Source: Laetmonice hystrix | Lineage: Eukaryota | Direction: 5' to 3' | NCBI GenBank assembly: GCA_965235115.1 | Contig: OZ249440.1 | Location: 33,854,001-33,918,000 of the forward strand | Length of the DNA stretch: 64,000 bases | Shown here: positions 11,391 through 25,025 of the stretch, in pieces | How positions within the stretch are numbered: the first letter of the stretch is position 1 | How the letters are laid out: every line of letters begins with the position of its first letter | Notes under the pieces: model-generated | The model's input: the letters and a program-made list of their open reading frames with translations, nothing else | Told to the model about the DNA's origin: nothing | Databases searched by the model: none | Program-made: the position numbers and the translations under genes

Positions 11391-14300
11391 GGTCAGAAAC
11401 AGCGTGCAAAACAAAACGTCTCCCCCAGCTGGGGGGAGACGTAATTATTAGCTATAAAGAAAGGGGGAGTATAATGCCTGGTAGTCGATAAATGACTCAT
11501 GCATCGGCATTCACCCGGAAAATACAACAAAAAACTGATAGGTTTTAGCCATAGAGATACAAGTTAATCACTGCGAAATACTACAAATTGTCGTGAAGTC
11601 AATCATAGGTAAATATCAAATAATTTACGTTTTGGGAAATGGGGGTGTTGGCTGAGTTCATCGGGAATGTCTGAGGTGTTGGCTGAGTGCTTGAGGGTAA
11701 CGTCTAAGGACCAGGCAACCATGTCATGGGGATGGGAAAGGGGCTGTTGGCTGAGTGGTTGGAGGTAATGTCAGAGAGACAGCCAGCCATATCATGGGGA
11801 CTGGGAAGGGGGTGTTGGGTGACTGGCTGGTGGTAATGTCAGGGAGACAGTCAGCCATGTCATGGGGACTGGGAAAGGGGTGTTGGGTGAGTGGCTGGGG
11901 TTAATGTCAGGGAGACAGTCAGCCATGTCATGGGGACTGGGAAGGGGGAAGTTGTTGGTTGAGTAGATAGAACTAATGTCTGAAGGACAGCCAGCCATAT
12001 CATGGGGATTAGGAACGGAGGTGTCGGGTGACTGGCTGGGGCTAATGTTAGGGGGACAGTCAGCCATGTCATGGGGGTTGAGAAAGGGGGGGGGGGTGTT
12101 TGCTGAGTGTGTGGGGGGAAGCCATATCATGGGAACTGGGAAGGGGGGAAGGTGTTGGTTGAGTTGTTAGAGGTAATGCCTGAAGGCCAGCCAGCCATAT
12201 CATGGGGATTGGGAAGGGGTAACGTGTTGGCTTAGTGGTTAGGAGTAATGTCTGAAGGTCAGCCAGCAATATTATGGGGGCTGGGAATTCGAGTCATCTT
12301 TTCATCATTTATGATCATTGTCATTCCCCGTGGGGCCCGGGAAACAATAGGCCCCATCCGTTTCATCACCCTATGGGAGTGAGTTTGGGGAAGGTGTTCA
12401 TTGTGTGGTTAGAGGTAATATCTGAGGGCCAGACAGCCATAGTATGGGGATGGGGAAGGGGATAAGGTGTTGGCTGAGTGTTTGCAGGGAATGTCTCAGG
12501 ACCGATCAGCCATGTCGGGAATTTGGAAGGGGGGTATTGGCTGAGTGGTTCGAGGTAATGTCAGAGAGCCAGTCGGCCTTATCATGGGGACTGGGCAGAG
12601 GGGTGTCGGGTGACTGGATGAGGTAATGTCCTGGGGAAAGTCAGCCATATCATGGGGGTTGGGATAGGGGGAGGTGTTGGCTGAGTGTTTGCAGGGAATG
12701 TCTGAGGAACAATAAGCCATGTCAGGGAACGGGAAGGGGGATGTTGGGTGGGTTGGAGGTGGTAGTATAGAAGAAGAACAACAAATACCTAAAAAAAATC
12801 GCAAAAGAAAAATATCAAAAAAAAATTGTGGGTGATGGATGTCGTTGTACTAAGACATATCTGCTGGGTGTTTACATGAAGGCTAATCTGATGTCGCTTT
12901 ACTGGGGCGTCACTGATGTGGGGTTGGAGGTGGTAGTATATAAGAAAAACGAAAAACACCCAAAAAAATCGCAAAAGCAAAATGGACATGCAGATTGCAC
13001 TAGCATTACGTTCTACGACATTGACTGATGTGCTCGGACGTGGTAACATTGGGTTTGAATCCATTGTTCAATCCGTTCTATCCTGCTCTGATAGGACGTG
13101 GATGGCATCAGGGCTTCTTCACTTTGTCGACCATCGGTAACGTCAGTAGTTGATCCGTCATGGCATGGAGGAGCATTTTCGTAAGTGTTGTCAGTATTAT
13201 TCGTATGGCCATATCATTGAGGCTGGTTGCAAGTACATTTGGGACGAGAGGACTTGGTGTTAACATTAGGCATGATATACAAGTCAAAATTGAAAGTACC
13301 AAGTAATAGTGAGTAAATAATAATTAGAGGTATACTCAGTAATTCTAATTAACAATTATTAGCTATAAAGAAAGGGGGAGTATAATGCCTGGTAGTCGAT
13401 AAATGACTCATGCATCGGCATTCACCCGGAAAATACAACAAAAAACTAGGTTTTAGCCATAGAGATACAAGTTAATCACTGCGAAATACTACAAATTGTC
13501 GTGAAGTCAATCATAGGTAAATATCAAATAATTTACGTTTTGGGAAATGGGGGTGTTGGCTGAGTTCATCGGGAATGTCTGAGGTGTTGGCTGAGTGCTT
13601 GAGGGTAACGTCTAAGGACCAGGCAACCATGTCATGGGGATGGGAAAGGGGCTGTTGGCTGAGTGGTTGGAGGTAATGTCAGAGAGCCAGCCAGCCATAT
13701 CATGGGGACTGGGAAGGGGGTGTTGGGTGACTGGCTGGGGGTAATGTCAGGGAGACAGTCAGCCATATCATGGGGGTTGGGAAAGGGAGGGGGTGTTTGC
13801 TGAGTGTGTGGGGGAAGCCATATCATGGGAACTGGGAAGGGGGGAAGGTGTTGGTTGAGTAGTTAGAGGTAATGCCTGAAGGCCAGCAGCCATATCATGG
13901 GGATTGGAAAGGGGGTGTTGGGTGACTGGCTGGGGGTAATGTCAGGGAGACAGTCAGCCATGTCATGGGGACTGGGAAGGGGGTGTTGGGTGACTGCCTG
14001 GGGGTAATGTCAGGGAGACAGTCAGCCATGTCATGGGGACTGGGAAGGGGGAAGTTGTTGGTTGAGTAGATAGAACTAATGTCTGAAGGACAGCCAGCCA
14101 TATCATGGGGATTAGGAACGGAGGTGTCGGGTGACTGGCTGGGGCTAATATCAGGGGGACAGTCAGCCATGTCATGGGGGTTGGGAAAGGGGGGGGGGTG
14201 TTTGCTGAGTGTGTGGGGGGAAGCCATATCATGGGAACTGGGAAGGGGGGAAGGTGTTGGTTGAGTAGTTAGAGGTAATGCCTGAAGGCCAGCAAGCCAT

Positions 14301-15426
14301 ATCATTGGGATTGGGAAGGGGTAAGGTGTTGGCTTAGTGGTTAGGAGTAATGTCTGAAGGTCAGCCAGCAATATTATGGGGGCTGGGAATTCGAGTCATC
14401 TTATCATCATTTATAATCATTGTCATTCCCCGTGGGGCCCGGGAAACAATAGGCCCCATCCGTTTCATCACCCTATGGGAGTGAGTTTGGGGAAGGTGTT
14501 GATTGTGTGGTTAGAGGTAATATCTGAGGGCCAGACAGCCATAGTATGGGGATGGGGAAGGGGATAAGTTGTTGGCTGAGTGTTTGCAGGGAATGTCTCA
14601 GGACCGATCTGCCATGTCGGGAATTGGGAAGGGGGATATTGGCTGAGTGGTTCGAGGTAATGTCAGAGAGCCAGTCAGCCTTATCATGGGGACTGGGAAG
14701 AGGGGTGTCGGGTGACTGGATGAGGGTAATGTCATGGGGAAAGTCAGCCATATAATGGGGGTTGGGATAGGGGGAGGTGTTGGCTGAGTGTTTGCAGGGA
14801 ATGTCTGAGGAACAATAAGCCATGTCACGGAACGGGAAGGGGGATGTTGGGTGGGTTGGAGGTGGTAGTATAGAAGAAGAACGACAAAAATCACAAAAGA
14901 AAAATATCCAAAAAAAAGTTGGTGGGTGATGGATGTCGTTGTACTAAGACATATCTGCTGGGTGTTTACATGAAGGCTAATCTGATGTCGCTTTACTGGG
15001 GCGTCACTGATGTGGGGTTGGAGGTGATAGTATAGAAGAAAAACGAAAAATACCTAAAAAAATCACAAAGAAAAAATATGAAAAAAAAAGTTTGTGGGTG
15101 ATGGATGTCGTCGTACCAAGACACATCTGTTGGGTGTTTACATCAAGGCTAATCTGATGTCGCTTTACTGGGGCGTCACTGATGTGTGATTGGAGGTGGT
15201 AGTATAGAAGAAAAACGAAAAACACCCAAAAAAATCGCAAAAGCAAAATGGACATGCAGATTGCACTAGCATTACGTTCCACGACATTGACCGATGTGCT
15301 CGGACGAGGTAACATTGGGTTTGAATCCATTGTTCAATCCGTTCTATCCTGCTCTGATAGGACGTGGATGGCATCAGGGCTTCTTCACTTTGTCGACCAT
15401 CGGTAACGTCAGTAGTTGATCCGTCA

Positions 15427-15874
15427 GGCTGAGTTCACATAGGAGTATACGGCACGGGTATACTGTGCACGTTTTGTAGGGCACGCAAATAGCTTAAATC
15501 GTACAATAGAATCTTATAATACCGGGTCACATCAGAGGGCACTATTCGAAAAGGCGTATAGTATAGTATGGTGGGAATCGTGCGTGTTCGATTTTAGTGC
15601 AGCGTATACCTTGGGGTGCCTGTGTTTAAAAGTTCAGCATTTACACAGTTCTTGACATTTTTTAACTACATTTTCAGATTTAAGGGCCGGTATATAGGGG
15701 TATTGACTCTGAAAATTTCAAAGAATTCAGTTCAAGGGGAGAGGCAGGTGGGCACCTTTCAATTCATGTCGGGAATTAAGACGCTGGCGGGCGTGACTCG
15801 ACGTGCCCGTATAGCGTATAGCGAATACCGAATAGCGAATACCGTATACCGTATACTCCTATGTGAACTCAGCC
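15427..15874. mobile_element. PIF/Harbinger-type (Tourist-like) MITE
   Basis: 26 bp TIR GGCTGAGTTCACATAGGAGTATACGG. Empty site GATCCGTCATGGC in sister units. Flanks are TCA/TAA (3-bp duplication, one mismatch). Confidence 0.85.
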
Positions 15875-18800
15875 TAATGGCATGGAGGAGCATTTTCGTA
15901 AGTGTTGTCAGTATTATTAGTATAGCCATATCATTGAGGCTGGTTGCAAGTACATTTGGGACGAGAGGACTTGGTGTTAACATTAGGCATGATATACAAG
16001 TCAAAATTGAAAGTACCAAGTAACAGTGAGAAAATAATAATTAGAGGTATACTCAGTAATTCTAATTAACGATTATTAGCTATAAAGAAAGGGGGAGTAT
16101 AATGCCTGGTAGTCGATAAATGACTCATGCATCGGCATTCACCCGGAAAATACAACAAAAAACTGATAGGTTTTAGCCATAGAGATACAAGTTAATCACT
16201 GCGAAATACTTCAAATTGTCGTGAAGTCAATCATAGGTAAATATCAAATAATTTACGTTTTGGGAAATGGGGGTGTTGGCTGAGTTCATCGGGAAATGTC
16301 TGAGGTGTTGGCTGAGTGCTTGAGGGTAACGTCTACGGACCAGTCAACCATGTCATGGGGATGGGAAAGGGGCTGTTGGCTGAGTGGTTGGAGGTAATGT
16401 CAGAGAGCCAGCCACCATATCATGGGGACTGGGAAGGGGGTGTTGGGTGACTGGCTGGGGGTAATGTCAGGGAGACAGTCACCCATATCATGGGGGTTGG
16501 GAAAGTGGGGGGGGGGGGTGTTTGCTGAGTGTGTGGGGGAAGCCATATCATGGGAACTGGGGAGGGGGGGAGGTGTTGGTTGAGTAGTTAGAGGTAATGC
16601 CTGAAGGCCAGCCAGCCATATCCTGGGGATTGGGAAGGGGGTGTTGGGTGACTGGCTGGGGGTAATGTCAGGGAGACAGTCAGCCATGTCATGGGGACTG
16701 GGAAGGGGGAAGTTGTTGGTTGAGTAGATAGAATTAATGTCTGAAGGACAGCCAGCCATATCATGGGGATTGGGAACGGAGGTGTCGGGTGTTCATTGTG
16801 TGGTTAGAGGTAATATCTGAGGGCCAGACAGCCATAGTATGGGGATGGGGAAGGGGATAAGGTGTTGGCTGAGTGTTTGCATGGAATGTCTCAGGACCGA
16901 TCAGCCATGTCGGGAATTGGGAAGGGGGGTATTGGCTGAGTGGTTCGAGGTAATGTCAGAGAGCCAGTCAGCCTTATCATGGGGACTGGGCAGAGGGGTG
17001 TCGCGTGACTGGATGAGGGTAATGTCATGGGGAAAGTCAGCCATATCATGGGGGTTGGGATAGGGGGAGGTGTTGGCTGAGTGTTTGCAGGGAATGTCTG
17101 AGGAAAAATAAGCCATGTCAGGGAACGGGAAGGGGGATGTTGGGTTGGTTGGAGGTGGTAGTATAGAAGAAGAACGACAAATACCTAAAAAAAAAATCAC
17201 AAAAGAAAAATATCAAAAAAAAGTTTGTGGGTGATGGATGTCGTTGTACTAAGACATATCTGCTGGGTGCTTACTTGAAGGCTAATCTGATGTCGCTTTA
17301 CTGGGGCTTCACTGATGTGTGGTTGGAGATGGTAGGTTGGAGCCAGCCATATTATGGGGGTTGGGAATTCTAGTCATCTTATCATCATTTATGATCATTG
17401 TCATTCCCCATGGAGCCCGGGAAACAATAGGCCCCATCCGTTTTATCACCCTATGGGAATGTGTTTGGAGAAGGTGTTGGTTGTGTGGTTAGAGGTAATG
17501 TCTGGGGGCCAGACAGCCACAGTATGGGGATTGGGAAGGGGATGAGATGTTGGCTGAGTGTTTGCAGGGAATGTCCGAGGACCAATCATCCATGTCAGGA
17601 ATTGGGAAGGGGGATATTGGCTGAGTTATTGAAGGTAATGTCTGAGGACTAGTGAGCCATGTTATGAGGGTTGGGAATTTGAGTTATTTTACCGTGGGGC
17701 CCGGGGAACAATAGGCCCCAGCTGTTTCATTACCCTGTGGGTGGGTGTGAGGGTGGGGGAGGTGTTGGTTGATTGGTTAGGGCAGGCCTCCCAGCGAACC
17801 TATAAAAACTTATATTGAGATTTTGGCCCTATAAATTTCAGGAATAGTTCATAAAACGTTTAATAACCTATATTTTCACAAAAATTATCGACTTGCCAGA
17901 ATATTAAGGTTAACAACATGTAATGTTATCAAATTGGTCATCAAGTTATAAATCTACTTGCTGACTTATCAGTATCAGTTTCAGAAGCTGTTCTGTATCA
18001 CATTACCTTCAGAGGCCTTCCATTAATGAGAGCCGAAAGACCTTGTGAGTATATTATATATTTCTTTTTTATCTAGACATGGTAGGGATTCCAAATGAAG
18101 AATACCGGGGGGATTGTAATGCATTGTTCACTAGAAGGAGGGATGCTATGTTGTTCTGGCAGTGGATGTTATTATGTCATTTGAAGAAAATGCATACTAA
18201 CCATGCAAGCACTGTACATTCAGTTGCATGCATTCATCCTCTTCTGAGACTATGCATAGCCATCGCTCCTTTGAATCATCAGTGATATTTGATGATTCAG
18301 AAAGTTGTAGCATTGTTATTCCATATTAACACATGTAGGAAATCTGTGCTGCTTTTTAAAGAATTTGTGCAAACTTTTTCCCACTTCTGCACACTTATTT
18401 ATTGACATTTGGGCATTTCTTAATATTTTGGTAAACGTAAGGTTTCAACACTTCGTGCATAAAATGACAGGTCAAGCATGCAATTATACGTGCAATATTA
18501 CCATATATTCTCTATGTGATACTGTTTTATTTCATTGTCATGAATATTTAGCAAACTGGCCGAAATGTGCAAAAATAATTTTAAACTTGTAATACTTATT
18601 ATTATTGTTATTATTATACGTAATTTCCAGATTGATTTGCCAATTTATTATGTATGGAAAAGGGCATTATAGTTTGCTTTATAATTTGATAACATATGTT
18701 GTCACATATGTATATGTAATTTCTGTATTTTATTAAAAAATTGCAAATAAAAATTATACTTTCAGATAGTGGCTGTCAAGAATGGAAGATGAATTTGTGA

Positions 18801-20572
18801 TACAGAACAGCTTCAGGAATCAGCAGATTGGACTAATAATCACCAGAGTTAAGGAAAAGCATACAATGAGCCCAAACAGTAAATATTCACCATTTATGTG
18901 GAAGGCGGTATGTGAACTTTCATGTATTTGATTATCACTGAACCCATAATGAAATACAAATTGCCTGGTAAATTTGCTTTATTGAGGAGACATATTGAAA
19001 GTTGGAAGTATATAGAGAACGAGCCGCCTCGCCCCCATTTATTGTAATCTCCAGTTTTTATATAGATATGATCATAGATATTATCAGTGCAGGTTACAAG
19101 TAGCCTTGCTTCTAACAAGAAATTGCAGGTGGCGATTGGGTTGGAGGTGGGTTTCAAATACCGATCCTTCCACCTCGAAGCTTGTATAGAAGTGAGGTTG
19201 AAACTATTAGCGTCAGGTGTTAAACGACTATACGTACAGACAATGTTGACAAATTTCCTATATTTCCCCCAAACGCTTTCAACATTAAGCAGAAACGCTA
19301 TGATAGGTATACCTGCCTTTGAGCTGAGAAATGAACGATAATCTGGACATATTCACATGCATTAGTCAATCGTGCACCGTTAATCCGTTCTTGCGCATTA
19401 ATACGCCATTTGAACTGGGACTGGGAACGGACAGGGGAATTCCATGGTGTCACGTGACGCGCACCTGCTTGTTGACAAATTCCCACGGTGCCCTCCCGCC
19501 CGCCTTGCCTCTGTGATCGACATGCCCTCGACTCAGTCAACCGCCCGCCCTGCCGCCCATGGTGGAAAAAGCCGTCAACTTGAGGAGTGTACCAACAACC
19601 CTAGATCAACTATTGTAATCGCTAAGTTCCCAACAATATGAGAGCCACCTCGTAGGTAGGCCTAACGTGTCCCTTGCCGGGCGCCCCTCCAGCGAAGCGG
19701 TGGAGGCCGGATATGAAGGCATGACCGGGGGTAGGGGCCTACATCCCGGGGGCGGACATGACCAGGCGGGTGTCGTTGAGCTCTACTGGCATCTCGTTCA
19801 CGTTTCCTGCGTTTTTGAGCTGAAGCTGTCGTAGAAGATGTAGTCCAGTTGAAATTTCCGGAACCTAGAAATGTTCTTTCCTATGAAATTTTTTTGTTGA
19901 TTCATACTCTAATGGGGTCCTAGAACAAATTCAACTTGGTTGCCCAAAGGGCAACTTTGGGCAAATCTCGTAATCTGCATAAATCCAAGATGGCCGCCCA
20001 ACGCCACCTTGAAAATTTAACTTTTGAACTACTTGCCTTAGAATGATGTATAATACATCATTTTAGGGGTTTTTGGATATGTAGAATCCATTTCTGATGT
20101 TATTTTTTCAATTGAAGGTCAAGGTCAGGTCAAATTCAAGATGGCCGCCCAACGCTACCTTGAAAATTTAACTTTTGAACCACTTGCTTTAGAATGATGT
20201 ATAATACGTCATTTTAGGGGTTTTTGGGTATGTAGAATCCATTTCTGATGTTATTTTTTCAATTGAAGGTCAAGGTCAGGTCGAATTCAAGATGGCCGCC
20301 CAAAGCCACCTTGAAAATTTAACTTTTGAACCACTTGCCTTAGAATGATGTATAATACGTCTTTTTAGGGGTTTTAGGAGTTGACACCAACCTGCCCAGA
20401 GTGATTAGGACCCTACGCCAACTGCCTGTAGCGACTAGGTCCCAATATACCCCGCCTGGCTGTAGTGAGTGAGTGAGTAGTTGGTGTTTAATGCCCAGTC
20501 AGCCACCTGTAGAGATTAGGGCCCTAACCCCAGCTGACTGTAGTGAATATGAACCTATATACACCACCTGCC

Positions 20573-22190
20573 TGTATTTTCTTTTGAAATGCACGGGCGT
20601 CAGGGGTAACCCAATTACTTTGACAATGTCCCTAAAGAGAAAAGTTGTATAGTCCTCTACAGGAATAGAACCCCGGCCCCAAGATTACTGCACCCATTCG
20701 CATAGCATAAGGTGTCGACACCCATGCCTACTCGGCCACCGCCACTCCCCTAATAAAGGAGCTTTGGTGGTCGAGCAGGACAATGGACCCTCCCCGTACA
20801 CACATCTTCCGAAATGAGACGGAATCCATATTTTCCTAGATAGAGCTACACATGATTTCTACCGAACATTGACTGTTAAGGTAATCCTGGCACTGGCGTA
20901 GACTGTATTTTTCTTTTGAAATGCACGGGCATCAGGGGTAACCCAATTACTTTGACAATGTCCCTAAAGAGAAAAGTTGTATAGTGTGATTAGAAACCTA
21001 TATATCCCACCTGACTGTAGTGGTTAGGGCCCTATATACCCAACCTGACTGTAGTGATTAGGAACCTATACGCCACCTGACTGTATTTTTCTTTTGAAAT
21101 GCACGGGCATCAGGGGTAACCCAATTACTTTGACAATGTCCCTAAAGAGAAAAGTTGTATAGTCCTCTACAGGAATAGAACCCCGGCCCCAAGATTACTG
21201 CACCCATTCGCATAGCATAAGGTGTCGACACCCATGCCTACTCGGCCACCGCCACTCCCCTAATAAAGGAGCTTTGGTGGTCGAGCAGGACAATGGACCC
21301 TCCCCGTACACACATCTTCCGAAATGAGACGGAATCCATATTTTCCTAGATAGAGCTACACATGATTTCTACCGAACATTGACTGTTAAGGTAATCCTGG
21401 CACTGGCGTAGACTGTATTTTTCTTTTGAAATGCACGGGCATCAGGGGTAACCCAATTACTTTGACAATGTCCCTAAAGAGAAAAGTTGTATAGTGTGAT
21501 TAGAAACCTATATATCCCACCTGACTGTAGTGGTTAGGGCCCTATATACCCAACCTGACTGTAGTGATTAGGAACCTATACGCCACCTGACTGTATTTTT
21601 CTTTTGAAATGCACGGGCATCAGGGGTAACCCAATTACTTTGACAATGTCCCTAAAGAGAAAAGTTGTATAGTCCTCTACAGGAATAGAACCCCGGCCCC
21701 AAGATTACTGCACCCATTCGCATAGCATAAGGTGTCGACACCCATGCCTACTCGGCCACCGCCACTCCCCTAATAAAGGAGCTTTGGTGGTCGAGCAGGA
21801 CAATGGACCCTCCCCGTACACACATCTTCCGAAATGAGACGGAATCCATATTTTCCTAGATAGAGCTACACATGATTTCTACCGAACATTGACTGTTAAG
21901 GTAATCCTGGCACTGGCGTAGACTGTATTTTTCTTTTGAAATGCACGGGCATCAGGGGTAACCCAATTACTTTGACAATGTCCCTAAAGAGAAAAGTTGT
22001 ATAGTGTGATTAGAAACCTATATATCCCACCTGACTGTAGTGGTTAGGGCCCTATATACCCAACCTGACTGTAGTGATTAGGAACCTATACGCCACCTGA
22101 CTGTATTTTTCTTTTGAAATGCACGGGCATCAGGGGTAACCCAATTACTTTGACAATGTCCCTAAAGAGAAAAGTTGTATAGTCCTCTAT
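20573..22190. repeat. Near-perfect 510 bp tandem triplication inside the Academ-like element
   Basis: AAAGTTGTATAGTCCTCTACAGG at 20641, 21151, 21661, plus a partial copy at 22171. Confidence 0.95.
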
Positions 22191-22435
22191 AGGCATTAGG
22201 GCCCTATATACCCCACCTGACTGTAGTGATTGCGCCGCTATATACCCCACCTGACTGTAGTGATTACGTCCATATATACCCCACCTGACTGTAGTGATGA
22301 CGTCCCTATGGCCACCTGACTGTTGTGATTAGGCAGCTATATACCCCGCCTGACTGTATTTTTCCTTTTGAAATGCACGGGCATCAGGCGTAACCCAATT
22401 ACTTTGACAATGTCCCTAAAGAGAAAAATCGTAAA

Positions 22436-22534
22436 GTCCTCTACAGGAATCGAACCCCGGATCCAAGATTACTGCACCCATTCGCATAGCATAAGGTATC
22501 GACACCCATGCCCACTCGGCCACCGCCACTTCCC
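22436..22534 (-). ncRNA. tRNA-derived Pol III head (SINE-like); further copies at 20652-20750, 21162-21260, 21672-21770 and a partial one at ~22697
   Basis: Minus strand reads A-box TGGCCGAGTGGG and B-box GGTTCGATTCC about 55 nt apart. No convincing cloverleaf. Confidence 0.6.
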
Positions 22535-24795
22535 TAAAAAAGGAAGCTTTGGTTTATTATGTCCCTATATACCCCACCTGGCTCTTGTGATTAGACCCCT
22601 ATGTACCGCACCTGACTGTATTTTTCTTTTGAAATGCACGGGCATCAGGGGTAACCCAATTACTTTGACAATGTCCGTAAAGAGAAAAGTTGTATAGTCC
22701 TCTACAGAAATCGAACCCTGGCCCCAAGATTACTGCACCCATTCGCATAGCATAAGGTGTCGACGCCCATGCCCACCACCTCCCTATATGATTAGGGCCC
22801 TATATACCCCACTAAACAGTATAGTGAGGCCAAACAATACAGTGAGGGCAAAAGGTACAGTGAGGCCAAACAGTGCACGGAGGCCAAACAGTACAGTGAG
22901 AAGTCATGGTACTAGCTGGCCTGTTTCCTGTGGGTTTACAAGGGAGCGTCCTGTTTGTTACCAGCCGTTTATTGCCATTCTAAGACCCTAACCTGACCTT
23001 GACCTTCAATTGAAAAAATAACATCAGAATTGGATTGATTCTACACACCCAAAAACCCCTAAAAGACGTATTATACATCATTCTAATGCAAGTGGTTCAA
23101 AAGTTAAATTTTCAAGGTGGTGTTGGGCGGCCACCTTGAATTTGAAATGACCTTGACCTTCAATTGAAAAGATAACATCAAAAATGGATTCTACATGCCC
23201 AAAAACCCCTAAAAAGACGTACCGTATTATACATCATTCTAAGGCAAGTGGTTCAAAAGTTAAATTTTCAAGGTGGCGTTGGGCGGCCATCTTGAATTTG
23301 ACCTGACCTTGACCTTAAATTGATAAAATAACATCAGAAATGGATTCTACATACCCAAAAACCCCTAAAATGACGTATTATACATCATTCTAAAGCAAGT
23401 GGTTCAAAAGTTAAATTTTCAAGGTAGCGTTGGGCGGCCATCTCGAATTTGACCTGACCTTGACCTTCAATTGAAAAAATAACATCAGAAATGGATTCTA
23501 CATACCCGAAAACCCCTAAAATGATGTATTATACATCATTCTAAGGCAAGTGGTTCAAAAGTTAAATTTTCAAGGTGGCGTTGGGCGGCCATCTTGGATT
23601 TATGCAGATTACGAGATTTGCCCAAAGTTGCCCTTTGGGCAACCAAGTTGAATTTGTTCTAGGACCCCATTAGAGTATAAATCAACAAAAAAAATTCATA
23701 GGAAAGAACATTTCTAGGTTGGTGTATTGAACACATAGGACTGTCAACTGGACTCATGGGGACGTCCCGTACATGGCATGTTGCCGTTCAACCGTTGCAG
23801 CAAGTAATGAGAGGAAAGTACGAATGTCTGTTTACTTTACAACTGAGCACATGTTGAGGAATGCCCCTGTCTAGCCGCATGGCGCCTTACTTTTGTCTTT
23901 GGCGCAAGAGTAGCATGCTACTGACGTCACAGTTGGGGTGTGAACAGGTCGACTTTCTGCGGTATGCGCACAAGTCGCGAGGCAAAAGAGTCCTAAGTTG
24001 CTACTCAAAAGTCTCCATTATTATGAGTCATTCGCCGGGTATCTGTTACATACGTTCAAATGATATAGTTCGGGTTGGATAGGACCAGTTTCAATGGCGT
24101 ATTTATAGCCCTTTAAATCCTGAGATCGTAGACTCCCTTGTTGCCACCAGGTGGAGTTATAGGTGATCAAAGGCGCTGCTTGTAATGTGGATCATACTGA
24201 GACTATTCCATGTTCAGTAAATCAATTCATATTAACGTCTCCTCTGGTTTGATAATATTTATTTGATTATCACTGAACTCATAACGAAATACAAATTGCC
24301 TGTTAAATTTCCTTTATTGAGGAGACATATTGAAAGTTGAAAGTATAGGGAACGAGCCACCTCACCCCCATTTATTTTAATCTCCATTTTTTATATAGAT
24401 ATGATCAATACCAGATATTATCAATGCAGGTGACAAATAGCCTTGCCACATTAAATTGTAGATTAGATTCTTTAACTCGAAGTGTTCTACAAGTTAACTT
24501 GCCCCGTTAGCCGCCAGGACACGTCAGTGGTACTGATATATGGTGTCAAAGTCGACACGTACAGGCTTATACTTCCATATAACACCTGAGATTGTCCTAC
24601 TGGGCTCATAAATTACAGTACTCTTGGATCACGGGAGACTGTACTATAGGGTGTCAGAGTCGACACATACAGGCTTATACTTCCATATAACACCTGAGAT
24701 TGACCTACTGGGCTCATAAATTACAGTACTCTTGTATCACGGGAGACTGTAAAGGCATAAGCTATACACTATAGGCTAATCATTATATGTCAGCC

Positions 24796-25025
24796 ATGAA
24801 AGTACTGATAGTTATGGATTCTAGGGGTAGGGGCTTCAGGGGCAGATTGATATTGACCAAGGAAACAGTTCACGTCTGTGATAACCCTGGAGCCGGACTG
24901 GCTAAGATTTTTAATACAGCATCACAGCTTCTGTCCCTATGATACTGTCTGCATCAATGCTGGTATGTGTGACATTACACAGCATGATAGAGTATCTCGA
25001 ACAGTAACCTTATTACAAGGAACGC
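24796..25025 (+). pseudogene. SGNH/GDSL-type hydrolase relic (N-terminal half, frameshifted)
   Basis: MKVLIVMDSRGRG…NPGAG…/YDTVCINAGMCDIT resembles SGNH blocks I, II and III. Confidence 0.6.

Larger units (their letters stand above)
8091..11443 (-). mobile_element. Non-autonomous Helentron-associated element (HINE/DINE-like), ~3.35 kb
   Basis: Clean insertion at an AA/TT site of the repeat unit (empty allele at ~13350). One end has the subTIR hairpin ACGTCTCCCCC-AGCT-GGGGGGAGACGT (11416-11442) with a nearby (GAAA)n tract. The other end has subTIR ACGTCTCCCC (8117-8126), hairpin TGTTCAGTCCGAACA (8100-8114) and terminal CTAGTT on the minus strand. Confidence 0.85.
3695..17335. repeat. Macro-tandem repeat, unit ~1.9-2.3 kb, 4 full units plus a partial fifth
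   Basis: Units start at TCAGTAATTCTAATTAAC (3695, 5786, 8072, 13336, 16053). Each has an AT-rich head, a G-rich ~68-72 bp minisatellite (…GTCAGCCATGTCATGGGGACTGGGAAGGGGG…), 1.5-3 copies of a ~173 bp repeat and a ~340 bp gag-derived segment. Confidence 0.95.
19841..23755. mobile_element. Non-autonomous long-TIR DNA transposon, Academ-like
   Basis: Termini TAGTCCAGTTGA … TCAACTGGACTC with 3-bp TSD ATG (19838-40, 23756-58). Inverted arms over 500 bp, built from 151-bp GGCCGCC/CAAGATGG repeats (19862-20375 vs 22990-23720). The superfamily call rests on the TAG end and 3-bp TSD only. Confidence 0.75.

Noticed and set aside
4070..17652. Many short Pro/Trp-rich ORFs in the macro-repeat
   Set aside because: They are translations of the minisatellite, with inconsistent frames between units.
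20652..22775. Functional tRNA genes
   Set aside because: A and B boxes are present, but I could not build acceptor and anticodon stems; treated as a SINE-like head.
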